Positions 7,541 to 15,791 of a DNA stretch of 39,499 nucleotides are shown one piece after another (within the stretch, counting starts at the first letter, position 1; every line of letters starts with the position of its first letter). Below the pieces are notes generated by a model. That model was not told where the DNA came from and did no database searches. It saw only the letters and a list, made by a program, of their open reading frames with translations. Both the position numbers and the translations under genes were made by a program. The DNA is taken from contig CAZJCL010000001.1 of assembly GCA_964544025.1 (NCBI GenBank), positions 55,824 to 95,322 of the forward strand, written 5' to 3'. The stretch is from an uncultured Opitutales bacterium. Its GTDB lineage: Bacteria > Verrucomicrobiota > Verrucomicrobiia > Opitutales > T3Sed10-336.

Positions 7541-10500
7541 GATCTGCGCGGTCTCGAACGAGCGTTCGACGCGGCGGTGGTGGTCGACGGGGCGCTGGTC
7601 GCTTTGACGGAGGAAGGGCCGATTGTTCGTTCGGTGGATGGCGGGGCGAATTTTCACACGCTTCGGGCACCAACTCCTCCGGATACGTTGCGGGCGCTGG
7701 CGGCGGCGGAAAGGATCGTGGTCGCGGGGGGGAGCAGCGGGTTGCTGTTGCGTTCGGATTTCGGGGTGGCGCCGACGGTTTGGACGGAAGTGGACGACGG
7801 CGGGACGCTCGGGTCGATCCAAGGAATCGCCCACAACGGAAACGGGACTTGGGTGGCGGTAGGGGGAAACGGATTTTCGGGCGGGATTTTGGTTTCATCG
7901 GACGGCGGTATTTCGTGGTCTTCGGCGAGCGACGTTCCGGCTGCGCCGCTTTACGCGGTTGCGTGGAACGCGGTCGCGAACGAATGGATCGCGGTGGGCG
8001 GGGACGGTTTCGATGGCGCGATTTTCCGTTCGGCGAACGCGCAAACGTGGACGCCGGTGCCGGTTCCGGCGGGAACGGGTAATCTTCTCGCGGTCGCCGT
8101 CGATGAAGCGGGGAATGTTCTGGCGGTGGGAGAGGGCGGGGCGATGCTTTCCTCGGAGGATGACGGTGCGACGTTCGAGGCGGTGGCCGGGATTTCGGTT
8201 TCGGAGGATTTGTTGACGGTGGTTTCTTCCGGGCCGAATCAGTGGGTGGTCGCGGGCGAGGGAGGCGTGGCGGTTTCCATCGATGCCGGCGAGTCGATAT
8301 TTTTGTTTGAACCGGATCCTTCGGAACCGGTGATCAAGACCCTTTTGGTGCTTGAGGGTTCGGTCCTGTTTCTCGGGCGGGATTTTATCCCGGCTCCGGA
8401 GATTTCGCCCGCCGGAGGAACTTACGCCGATCCGGTGAGCGTCACGCTGAGCGGCGCGCCGGAGATTTATTACACTTTGGACGGATCGCTGCCGACGGTC
8501 GATTCAACGCTTTTCACGACGCCGTTCGACGTGGCGACATCGGCGATGGTGCGGGCGGTGGCCTGGGACGCGGACGCGGCGATTTATAGTCCGGTCGCTT
8601 CCGCTTATTACACGATCGAAAGCGCTCCTGACGCGGTCGCCGCTCCGTCGATCAGTCCGGTCGGCGGCACTTACGTCGGTTCGGTGGTGGTGACGTTGAG
8701 CGCGGATCCGGGCGTTTCGATTTATTACACAACGAACGGATCGGCTCCGACGACGGCGTCGCAGTTTTACGCCGGGCCGTTCACGTTGACCTCTTCGGCG
8801 ACGGTGCGAGCGGTGGCGTGGGATTGGAGCAAAGCGATTTACAGTGACGAAAGCAGCGCCAGTTACACGGTGGCTCCGGCGGCTCCGGGGATTTCGCCAG
8901 CGGGCGGGGATTTCGTGGGTCCGACCTCGATTACGCTCAGCGCGGCTTCCGGGGCGGCGATATTTTATACTCTCGACGGCTCGGAACCCGATGGAGATTC
9001 GACGTTGTATGAGGGGCCGTTCACGCTGGATAAACCGACGACGGTGAAGGCGGTGGCGCGGGCCGGTGGAATTTTCAGCGACGTATCCACGTCCGTTTTT
9101 ACGATCGCGCCGACCGCTCCGGCGATTGGACCGGCGGCCGGGACGCATGTCGGTCCGGTGACCGTAACGCTCACCGCGCAACCCGGGGCGGAGATTTTTT
9201 ACACGGTTGACGGAACGACGCCGTCGGAGGTTTCGACTCCCTACACGGGGCCTTTTGCGGTTTCCGCTTCGTCGACGGTTCGGGCGATCGCGCGGGCGCA
9301 TGGCGTGAACAGTCCGGTGGCGTCGGCGAGTTATTTGATCGCTCCGTTTGCCCCGCAGATTTCGCCCGTCGCCGGGACTTATTTCGGTCCGGTCAATGTA
9401 ACTATCGAGGCCGAAGCGGGAACGGAGATTTTTTACACGGTTGACGGATCGACGCCGACGACGGGTTCGGAACCGTATGTCGGGCCATTTTCGATCACGA
9501 ATTCTTTGACCGTGCGGGCGATCGCCAGTCGAGGCGGTGTGAGCGGGCCGGTGGCGACTACGAATTACACGATCGGGCCGCAAGCTCCGTCGATTTCGCC
9601 AGCTCCGGGAACCTACGTGGGGCCGGTTTCGGTGACGTTGAATGCCCAGGGGGGAGCGGCGATTTATTATACGTTGGATGGAAGCGCGCCGACGACGGGT
9701 TCGATTTTGTATGCGGGACCATTCTCGGTGGCGACGTCCGGCACGGTGCGGGCGATGGCACGGGCGAACGGGGTTTCGAGTCCGGTGGCGTCGGCGGCGT
9801 ATGTGATCGCGCCGTTCGCGCCGGAGATTTCGCCGGGAGAAGGGACGTATGTGGGATCCGTGGCGGTGACCTTGAGCGCGCAGCCGGGAGCGACGATTTA
9901 TTACACGCTGAACGGCGCGAATCCGACGACGGCTTCGGCGGTTTATTCGGGACCCTTTAATGTGACGTCCACTTCGACAGTGAAAACGATGGCGCGGTTG
10001 AACGGGGTAAACGGTCCGGTGGCCTCGCGTGTTTTCACCGTTGCTCCTCCGGCGCCGACGATTTCTCCGGCGGGAGGAACGCATGTCGGACCGGTTTCCG
10101 TGAGCTTGAGCGGGCAGTCGGGAGCGACCCTTTATTATACGCTTGATGGTTCGGAGCCGACGACGGGGTCGACGGTTTATTCGGGACCTTTCAATGTTGC
10201 GGTCACGTCGACGGTGAAGGCGATGGCGCGGCGGAACAATGTCAATGGACCGGTCGCGTCGTCGACGTTTACCATCGCGCCGTTTGCGCCGACTATTTCG
10301 CCGGCGGCGGGGACGTATGTCGGACCGATTTCGGTTTCGGTGGCGGCGCAGACGGGGGCGACGATTTATTACACGGTCGACGGTTCCGAGCCGACGACGG
10401 CTTCGCCCGTTTATGCGGGGGCGATTCCGGTTTCCGTGACTTCGACAGTGAAGGCGATGGCGCGGTTGAACGGGGTGAACGGTCCAGTCGCTTCGGCGGC

Positions 10501-13500
10501 CTACACGATCGCTCCGACGGCGCCGACGATTTCGCCGGAAGCGGGAATGCACGTCGGGCCGGCGACGGTGACGATAACGGCCCAGCCCGGTGCGACGATT
10601 TACTACACTCTGAACGGTTCGGATCCGACGACGAGTTCGCCGGTGTATTCGAATCCGCTGACGGTTTCGACGTCGTCGACGGTGAAGGCGATGGCGCGTT
10701 TTAACGGGGTGAACGGGCCGATCGCGTCCGCTTCCTACACGATCGCGCCGTTTGCTCCGGTGGCGTCGCCGGAGGCGGGTTCATATGTCGGGCCGACGCG
10801 GGTGACGCTGACGGCGCAGTCGGGGGCGACGATTTTTTATACGTTGGACGGGAGCAATCCGACGACGAGTTCCGCGACTTATACGACACCGTTTACGCTG
10901 AACGCTCCGACGACGGTGAAAGCGATGGCGCGAGCCAACAACGTCGACAGTCCGACGATGACGGCGGATTACATAATCGCGCCGAACGCGCCGGCAATTT
11001 CGCCCGCGGCGGGAACTTATGTCGGGCCGACGCAGGTGACGTTGAGCGCGCAAGGCGGCGCGACGATTTTTTATACGGTCGACGGAAGCGAGCCGACGAC
11101 GGATTCGGCGGTTTATTCGGGGCCATTGACTATTTCCGAATCGGCGACGATCCGGGCGATGGCGCGGGCGCATTCGGTGAACAGTCCGGTTTCGGCGGCC
11201 GCGTTTACGATCGCGCCGTTCGCGCCGGAGATCACACCGGCGGCGGGAACGCATGTCGGGCCGATTTCGGTTTCGATGACCGCGCAGGCGGGGGCGACGA
11301 TTTATTATACGGTGGACGGAACGGAACCGACGACGGAATCGGCGCAGTATAATGGTCCTTTCACCGTGTCGGCTTCCGCGACGGTGAAAGCGAGGGCGAG
11401 ATTGAACGGGGTCGACGGACCGGTTGCCACGGCGGCGTACACGATCGCGCCTTTCGCGCCGGAGATCGCTCCGGAACCGGGGACTTACGTCGGGCCGCTT
11501 TCGGTGACTCTCGCGGCGCCACCGGGCGCGACGATTTATTACACGACGGATGGAAGCAATCCGACGACGACTTCAGCGATTTACGCGACGCCGTTTACGA
11601 TCTTGAAGTCGTCGACGGTGAAAGCGATGGCGCGGGCGAACGGAGTGAACGGTCCGGTGGCGTCGGCGGAATATTTCATCGCGCCTTTCGCTCCGGTGAT
11701 CGCGCCGGCGTCGGGAACTTATGTTGGGCCGATTACGATTTCGTTGAGCGCGCAGGCTGGAGCGACGATTTTTTATACGACGAACGGAGCGGAACCGACG
11801 ACGGCTTCTTCGGTTTATTCCGGGAGTTTCACTTTGGCGCAATCGGCGACGGTGAAAGCGATGGCGCGTTTGAACAACGTGAACGGGCCGGTGGCTTCGG
11901 CGGCTTATACGATCGCGCCATTCGCGCCGGAGATTTCGCCGGCGGGCGGCACGTATGTGGGTTCGGTTTCGGTAATGCTGTCGGCGCAACCGGGGGCGGA
12001 GATTTATTATACGATCGATGGAACGCAGCCGACGACGGGTTCGAGTTTGTATGTCGCGCCGTTCACGGTGTCGTCTTCGTCGACCGTGATAGCGATGGCG
12101 CGCGTGAACGGGGTGAACGGTCCGACGGCATCGGCGAGTTACACGATCGCTCCGTTCGCCGTGGAAATTTCACCGGCCGTGGGGACTTATGTCGGGCCGA
12201 TTTCGGTGACGTTGAGCGCGCAGGGCGGGGCGACGATTTATTATACGGTGGATGGAAGCGATCCGACGACGGGGTCTGCGGTGTATGGCGCACCGTTCAC
12301 GGTTTCCGAGTCGGCGACGGTGAAGGCGATGGCGCGATTGAACGGAGTGAACGGTCCGGTGGCGTCGGCGAGTTATGTGATCGCGCCGCTGGCACCGACG
12401 ATTTCGCCGGCTTCGGGAACGTATGTTGGTTCGACGCTGGTTACCTTGAGTGCGCATCCGGATGCTTCGATTTTCTACACATTGGACGGCAGCGAACCGA
12501 CGCCGGAATCGCTAGTTTATTCGGGGCCGTTCACGGTTTCCGAATCGGCGACGGTGAAAGCGATGGCGCGATTGAATGGCGTGAACGGTCCGGGGGCGTC
12601 GGCGAGTTACACGATCGCGCCGTTGGCTCCGGTGTTTTCTCCCGCGCCGGGAACTTACACGGGACCGACTTCGGTGACGTTGTCGGCGCAAGCGGGGGCC
12701 ACGATTTTTTACACGGTCGACGGATCGGAGCCAACGGCGTCTTCGGCCGTGTATTCGGAACCGCTGACGGTATCGCGTTCGGCGACGGTGAAGGCGATGG
12801 CGCGGTTGCATGAGGTGAATGGTCCTGTCGCGTCGGCAGCGTATGCCATCGTTCCTCTTGCGCCGGTTATTTCTCCGGAAGCAGGGACGTATTATGGAGC
12901 GGTGAATGTTTCGATCAGCGCTCCGGAAGGCGCGGCGATTCATTATACGATCAACGGAGAGGATCCGACCGTTTCCTCGCCGGTTTACACTTCGCCGATC
13001 CGGGTTTCGAACGGGGCGACGGTAAAAGCGATCGCGCGGCGGGACGGGTTGAACAGCGCGGTCGCTTCGGCGGCGTATTCGGTGCTGCCTTTGACGGTCG
13101 ATTTCACTCCGGCGGGCGGATCGTATGCGGAGCCGGTGGCGGTGGAATTGAGCGCGCCGGGAGGAGCGGAAATTTATTATACGCTCGATGGAAGCGATCC
13201 GACGACTGCTTCGCCGGTTTATTTGTTTCCGATCGAAATATCCGTTTCGACGACGGTGAAAGCGATGGCGCGTTTGAACGGGGTGAACGGTCCGGTGGCG
13301 TCGGCCCGTTATAACATCGCTCCGGCGGCTCCCTTGATCTCGCCGGCGTCGGGAGCATATGTCGGATCGGTTTCGGTGACGATTTCGACGCAGGCGGGGG
13401 CGACGGTTTATTATACCTTGAACGGAAGCGAACCGACGACGGGATCGCCGGTTTATAGTTCTCCGATTCCGGTTTCAGATTCGGCGACGGTGAAAGCGAT

Positions 13501-15664
13501 GGCGAGGTTGGACGGCTTGAACAGCGCGGTGAGTTCGGCGGTTTACACGATTTCGCCTTTGGCCGTCGAGGTTTCGCCGCCAGCCGGAACATATCCGGAA
13601 CCGGTTTCGGTGGAGATGAGCGGACCGGCGGGAGCGGAGATTTATTACACGGTGGATGGAAGCGAGCCGACGACGGCGTCGGCTGTTTATTCCGGGCCGA
13701 TCAAGATTTCGGTATCGACGACGGTGAAGGCGGTGGCGCATTTAAACGATGTCGCGGGGCCGGTGACGACGGCGGTTTATCGGATCGCTCCGGGCGCGCC
13801 GACCATTGCGCCGGGAACGGGAACTTACGTGGGGCAGGCTGTGGTGACTCTCGGGGCGCAGGAGGGGGCGGCGATTCATTACACTTTGGATGGGACGGAA
13901 CCGACGGCGGGTTCTGCGGTGTATTCGGGGCCGATCACGATTTCGACCTCGACGACGTTGAAGGCGATGGCGCGTTTGGACGGTGTGAATGGGCCGACAG
14001 CATCGGCCAACTACACGATCGCGCCGCCGGCTCCTGAGTTTTCGCCAAGTTCCGGGACTTATGAGGGATCGGTTTCGGTCACTTTGTCGGCGCGGGAAGG
14101 GGCGTTGATTTATTACACGACCGACGGAACGCAGCCTTCGGTGGATTCGAACGTTTATACGGTGCCGGTGCTGGTGTCGAATTCGACCACGATTCGGGCG
14201 ATGGCGCGTTTGAACGGGGTGAACGGTCCGGTGGCGTCGGCGGATTACGCGATCGTTCCGCTGGCACCGGTCATTTCGCCGGGTTCGGGGCCATATGCGG
14301 GGGCGGTTTCGGTGACGATTTCCGCGCAGGCCGGATCGACGATTTATTACACGCTGGACGGTTCCGAGCCGACGACATCTTCGCCGGTTTATACGGGACC
14401 TTTTTCGATTTCGACCGCGCTGACGGTGAAGGCGATGGCGCGGCTTGGCGAATTGAACAGCGAGATCGCTTCGGCCAGTTACACATTTTCGCCGCTGGTT
14501 GTCGGGATTTCGCCGGGCTCGGGAACGTATTCCGGGCCGGTTTCGGTGGTGTTGACGGCACCTTTCGGGGCGGCGATCCATTACACTTTGGACGGGAGCA
14601 ATCCGACGACCTCCTCGCCGGTTTATTCTTCGCCGGTTGAGATTTCGGAATCGACGACGGTTCGGGCGATGGCGCGGTTGAGCGGAGTCAACGGGCCGGT
14701 GTCGTCGGCACATTTTGTCATCGAATCGGAAGGCGAGACGGAACAGCCGTATCGGTTGGCGATTGATCCGCTTCCGAACGGGTTTTTGCGTTTGACGCTT
14801 TCGGGTTCGGAGGAAGGGAAGCATTATCAGTTGCAGACTTCCGAGGATCTCAAGAACTGGTCGAATTCCGGGGCTCCAATTGCGGGCACGGGGGCGGCTT
14901 TGATTTGGGAAGTGGCGGCGGAAGGGGAGCGGGCGTTTTTCCGGGTTTCCACGACGACGGCGCTCGTCGCCGCGCCGGTTATCTCTCCGGACGGGGGAAT
15001 GTTTGCCGGTCCGGTTACCGTGACGATCGATGGCGGAGCGGGAGCGCAGGTGTTTTACACATTGGACGGGTCGGTGCCGACGACGGATTCGACCCTTTAT
15101 GCGGGACCGTTTGAAATGGCGGTTTCCGGAACGGTTCGGGCGGTGTCGGTTTCCGGCGGGATTTTGAGTTCGGTTTCGTCGGCGACTTTTGTGATCGAGC
15201 CTTCCTCGCCGTCGCAGCCGCGTTTGACGATAGTTCCGGAAACGGGTGGGAAGTTGCGTTTGACATTATCGAACGCGGTGGCGGGCGTTTTCTATCAATT
15301 GCAAACGACGATGGATCTGGCGGTTTGGTCGGATATCGAAGCTCCGAAATCGGGGGCGGGCGGAGATCTGGTTTGGAGTATCGCGGATGATGGGTCGCGG
15401 CGGTTTTTCCGGGTTGTCGAGGTTCCGGCTCCGGCGGCCGCCGAGGCGCTTTCGCTGGGGATTTTGGCGGTTTCGTCTTCCGAATTGCGGTTGACGCTGA
15501 CGGGCGGGGAAAGCGGGAGCTATTACCAGTTGCAGACCTCGGTCGATCTTCGCGAGTGGTTTGATTTGGAGGAGAGGCGTTTGGGGACCGGTCGGGATCT
15601 GATCTGGACTGTCGCGCTCAGCGATCCGGCGCGTTTTTATCGGGTCGTGGCCATGCCAGAGTGA
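7454..15664 (+). CDS. 2,736-aa secreted multidomain protein: signal peptide, Asp-box beta-propeller, 28 CHB_HEX_C/Fn3_assoc-like Ig-fold domains and three C-terminal YQLQTS modules
   Basis: This is a complete ORF from ATG 7454 to TGA 15662-15664. The N-terminus MRFSGQTFVKLILAAALAVSAGLSPAAAQ is signal-peptide-like. The repeats carry the I[YF]YT-DGS-PT..S..Y motif typical of the chitobiase/beta-hexosaminidase C-terminal and Fn3-associated domain families. Confidence 0.95.
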   Translation: MRFSGQTFVKLILAAALAVSAGLSPAAAQDLRGLERAFDAAVVVDGALVALTEEGPIVRSVDGGANFHTLRAPTPPDTLRALAAAERIVVAGGSSGLLLRSDFGVAPTVWTEVDDGGTLGSIQGIAHNGNGTWVAVGGNGFSGGILVSSDGGISWSSASDVPAAPLYAVAWNAVANEWIAVGGDGFDGAIFRSANAQTWTPVPVPAGTGNLLAVAVDEAGNVLAVGEGGAMLSSEDDGATFEAVAGISVSEDLLTVVSSGPNQWVVAGEGGVAVSIDAGESIFLFEPDPSEPVIKTLLVLEGSVLFLGRDFIPAPEISPAGGTYADPVSVTLSGAPEIYYTLDGSLPTVDSTLFTTPFDVATSAMVRAVAWDADAAIYSPVASAYYTIESAPDAVAAPSISPVGGTYVGSVVVTLSADPGVSIYYTTNGSAPTTASQFYAGPFTLTSSATVRAVAWDWSKAIYSDESSASYTVAPAAPGISPAGGDFVGPTSITLSAASGAAIFYTLDGSEPDGDSTLYEGPFTLDKPTTVKAVARAGGIFSDVSTSVFTIAPTAPAIGPAAGTHVGPVTVTLTAQPGAEIFYTVDGTTPSEVSTPYTGPFAVSASSTVRAIARAHGVNSPVASASYLIAPFAPQISPVAGTYFGPVNVTIEAEAGTEIFYTVDGSTPTTGSEPYVGPFSITNSLTVRAIASRGGVSGPVATTNYTIGPQAPSISPAPGTYVGPVSVTLNAQGGAAIYYTLDGSAPTTGSILYAGPFSVATSGTVRAMARANGVSSPVASAAYVIAPFAPEISPGEGTYVGSVAVTLSAQPGATIYYTLNGANPTTASAVYSGPFNVTSTSTVKTMARLNGVNGPVASRVFTVAPPAPTISPAGGTHVGPVSVSLSGQSGATLYYTLDGSEPTTGSTVYSGPFNVAVTSTVKAMARRNNVNGPVASSTFTIAPFAPTISPAAGTYVGPISVSVAAQTGATIYYTVDGSEPTTASPVYAGAIPVSVTSTVKAMARLNGVNGPVASAAYTIAPTAPTISPEAGMHVGPATVTITAQPGATIYYTLNGSDPTTSSPVYSNPLTVSTSSTVKAMARFNGVNGPIASASYTIAPFAPVASPEAGSYVGPTRVTLTAQSGATIFYTLDGSNPTTSSATYTTPFTLNAPTTVKAMARANNVDSPTMTADYIIAPNAPAISPAAGTYVGPTQVTLSAQGGATIFYTVDGSEPTTDSAVYSGPLTISESATIRAMARAHSVNSPVSAAAFTIAPFAPEITPAAGTHVGPISVSMTAQAGATIYYTVDGTEPTTESAQYNGPFTVSASATVKARARLNGVDGPVATAAYTIAPFAPEIAPEPGTYVGPLSVTLAAPPGATIYYTTDGSNPTTTSAIYATPFTILKSSTVKAMARANGVNGPVASAEYFIAPFAPVIAPASGTYVGPITISLSAQAGATIFYTTNGAEPTTASSVYSGSFTLAQSATVKAMARLNNVNGPVASAAYTIAPFAPEISPAGGTYVGSVSVMLSAQPGAEIYYTIDGTQPTTGSSLYVAPFTVSSSSTVIAMARVNGVNGPTASASYTIAPFAVEISPAVGTYVGPISVTLSAQGGATIYYTVDGSDPTTGSAVYGAPFTVSESATVKAMARLNGVNGPVASASYVIAPLAPTISPASGTYVGSTLVTLSAHPDASIFYTLDGSEPTPESLVYSGPFTVSESATVKAMARLNGVNGPGASASYTIAPLAPVFSPAPGTYTGPTSVTLSAQAGATIFYTVDGSEPTASSAVYSEPLTVSRSATVKAMARLHEVNGPVASAAYAIVPLAPVISPEAGTYYGAVNVSISAPEGAAIHYTINGEDPTVSSPVYTSPIRVSNGATVKAIARRDGLNSAVASAAYSVLPLTVDFTPAGGSYAEPVAVELSAPGGAEIYYTLDGSDPTTASPVYLFPIEISVSTTVKAMARLNGVNGPVASARYNIAPAAPLISPASGAYVGSVSVTISTQAGATVYYTLNGSEPTTGSPVYSSPIPVSDSATVKAMARLDGLNSAVSSAVYTISPLAVEVSPPAGTYPEPVSVEMSGPAGAEIYYTVDGSEPTTASAVYSGPIKISVSTTVKAVAHLNDVAGPVTTAVYRIAPGAPTIAPGTGTYVGQAVVTLGAQEGAAIHYTLDGTEPTAGSAVYSGPITISTSTTLKAMARLDGVNGPTASANYTIAPPAPEFSPSSGTYEGSVSVTLSAREGALIYYTTDGTQPSVDSNVYTVPVLVSNSTTIRAMARLNGVNGPVASADYAIVPLAPVISPGSGPYAGAVSVTISAQAGSTIYYTLDGSEPTTSSPVYTGPFSISTALTVKAMARLGELNSEIASASYTFSPLVVGISPGSGTYSGPVSVVLTAPFGAAIHYTLDGSNPTTSSPVYSSPVEISESTTVRAMARLSGVNGPVSSAHFVIESEGETEQPYRLAIDPLPNGFLRLTLSGSEEGKHYQLQTSEDLKNWSNSGAPIAGTGAALIWEVAAEGERAFFRVSTTTALVAAPVISPDGGMFAGPVTVTIDGGAGAQVFYTLDGSVPTTDSTLYAGPFEMAVSGTVRAVSVSGGILSSVSSATFVIEPSSPSQPRLTIVPETGGKLRLTLSNAVAGVFYQLQTTMDLAVWSDIEAPKSGAGGDLVWSIADDGSRRFFRVVEVPAPAAAEALSLGILAVSSSELRLTLTGGESGSYYQLQTSVDLREWFDLEERRLGTGRDLIWTVALSDPARFYRVVAMPE
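7541..8389 (+). other. BNR/Asp-box (Ycf48- or sialidase-like) beta-propeller, about 6 blades
   Basis: Blade signatures recur roughly every 45-50 aa: IVRSVDGGANF, LLRSDFG..TVW, LVSSDGGISW (a classic S-x-D-x-G-x-x-W Asp-box), IFRSANAQTW, MLSSEDDGATF, VAVSIDAGESIF. Confidence 0.6.
8390..14725 (+). repeat. 27 contiguous in-frame tandem copies of a 234-bp (78-aa) CHB_HEX_C/Fn3_assoc-like domain
   Basis: I counted 27 consecutive units of the form AP[FTLPN]AP-ISP--GTYVGP-SV-LSAQ-GATI[YF]YT[LV]DGS-PTT-S-VYSGPF-V--S-TVKAMARLNGVNGPVASA-YTI. A unit counted by hand has 78 residues. The central units (about 8-19) are the most uniform. Confidence 0.92.
14741..15661 (+). repeat. C-terminal region: three ~75-aa 'L-RLTL-G----YQLQTS-DL--W---------G--L-W-------RFFRV' modules, with a 28th CHB_HEX_C-like domain between modules 1 and 2
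   Basis: Module 1 spans about 14741-14958 (FLRLTLSGSEEGKHYQLQTSEDLKNWS...RAFFRV). Domain 28 spans about 14959-15205 (..QVFYTLDGSVPTTDS..). Module 2 spans about 15206-15425 (KLRLTLSNAVAGVFYQLQTTMDLAVWS...RRFFRV). Module 3 spans about 15426-15661 (ELRLTLTGGESGSYYQLQTSVDLREWF...ARFYRV). Confidence 0.75.
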
Positions 15665-15719
15665 TTTTTTCGAATATTAGTTGTTAATTTTACCTCCACC
15701 GTCTAGCACCATCACCTGC
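15665..15719 (+). other. The only intergenic spacer in the window (55 bp, AT-rich relative to its flanks); a possible internal promoter or translation-initiation region for gene 3
   Basis: The sequence is ttttttcgaatattagttgttaattttacctccaccgtctagcaccatcacctgc. A T6 run directly follows the stop. There is a -35-like TTGTTA at 15681-15686 but no convincing -10 box, Shine-Dalgarno sequence or hairpin. Confidence 0.3.
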
Positions 15720-15791
15720 ATGTCAAAAGCCCGAATCGTCAGCTTTGCTGTGGAGGCCCTGGAGTCTCGCATATTGCTGTCGGCGGCGCCT
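15720..15791 (+). other. LEPR-XLL-like N-terminal motif (variant LESRILLSA)
   Basis: The N-terminus is MSKARIVSFAVEALESRILLSAAP, with the motif LESRILLSA at nt 15759-15785. The NCBIfam 'LEPR-XLL domain' is a short N-terminal signature (LEPRxLLSA) of very large repetitive secreted proteins, mainly from Planctomycetes and relatives (recalled from memory, not searched). Confidence 0.6.

Noticed and set aside
8390-14725. The regular 234-bp periodicity here, and the ~675-bp periodicity at 17.7-39.5 kb, considered as a CRISPR array or satellite DNA
   Set aside because: The periods are multiples of 3 within long open frames. There is no short-repeat/unique-spacer structure. The units encode conserved protein domains, so these are coding tandem repeats.
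353-15266. Minus-strand and off-frame plus-strand ORFs inside genes 1 and 2 (e.g. 353..1723 -, 3368..4126 -, 4208..5527 -, 6474..7265 -, 7366..8082 +, 8504..10552 -, 13742..14824 -)
   Set aside because: The reason is the same. Their translations are low-complexity P/S/T or R-rich. They are fully nested in long + ORFs whose products carry recognisable domains.
15640-15680. The T6 run immediately after the gene-2 stop, considered as a rho-independent terminator
   Set aside because: I could not find a GC-rich inverted repeat upstream of the T-run. The spacer is only 55 bp before the next ATG.
15681-15683. An in-frame TTG 13 codons upstream of ATG 15720, considered as an alternative start for gene 3
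   Set aside because: It would add LLILPPPSSTITC, which is not signal-like. ATG 15720 places the LESRILLSA motif at residues 14-22, which is typical for LEPR-XLL-type N-termini. The TTG cannot be excluded without data.
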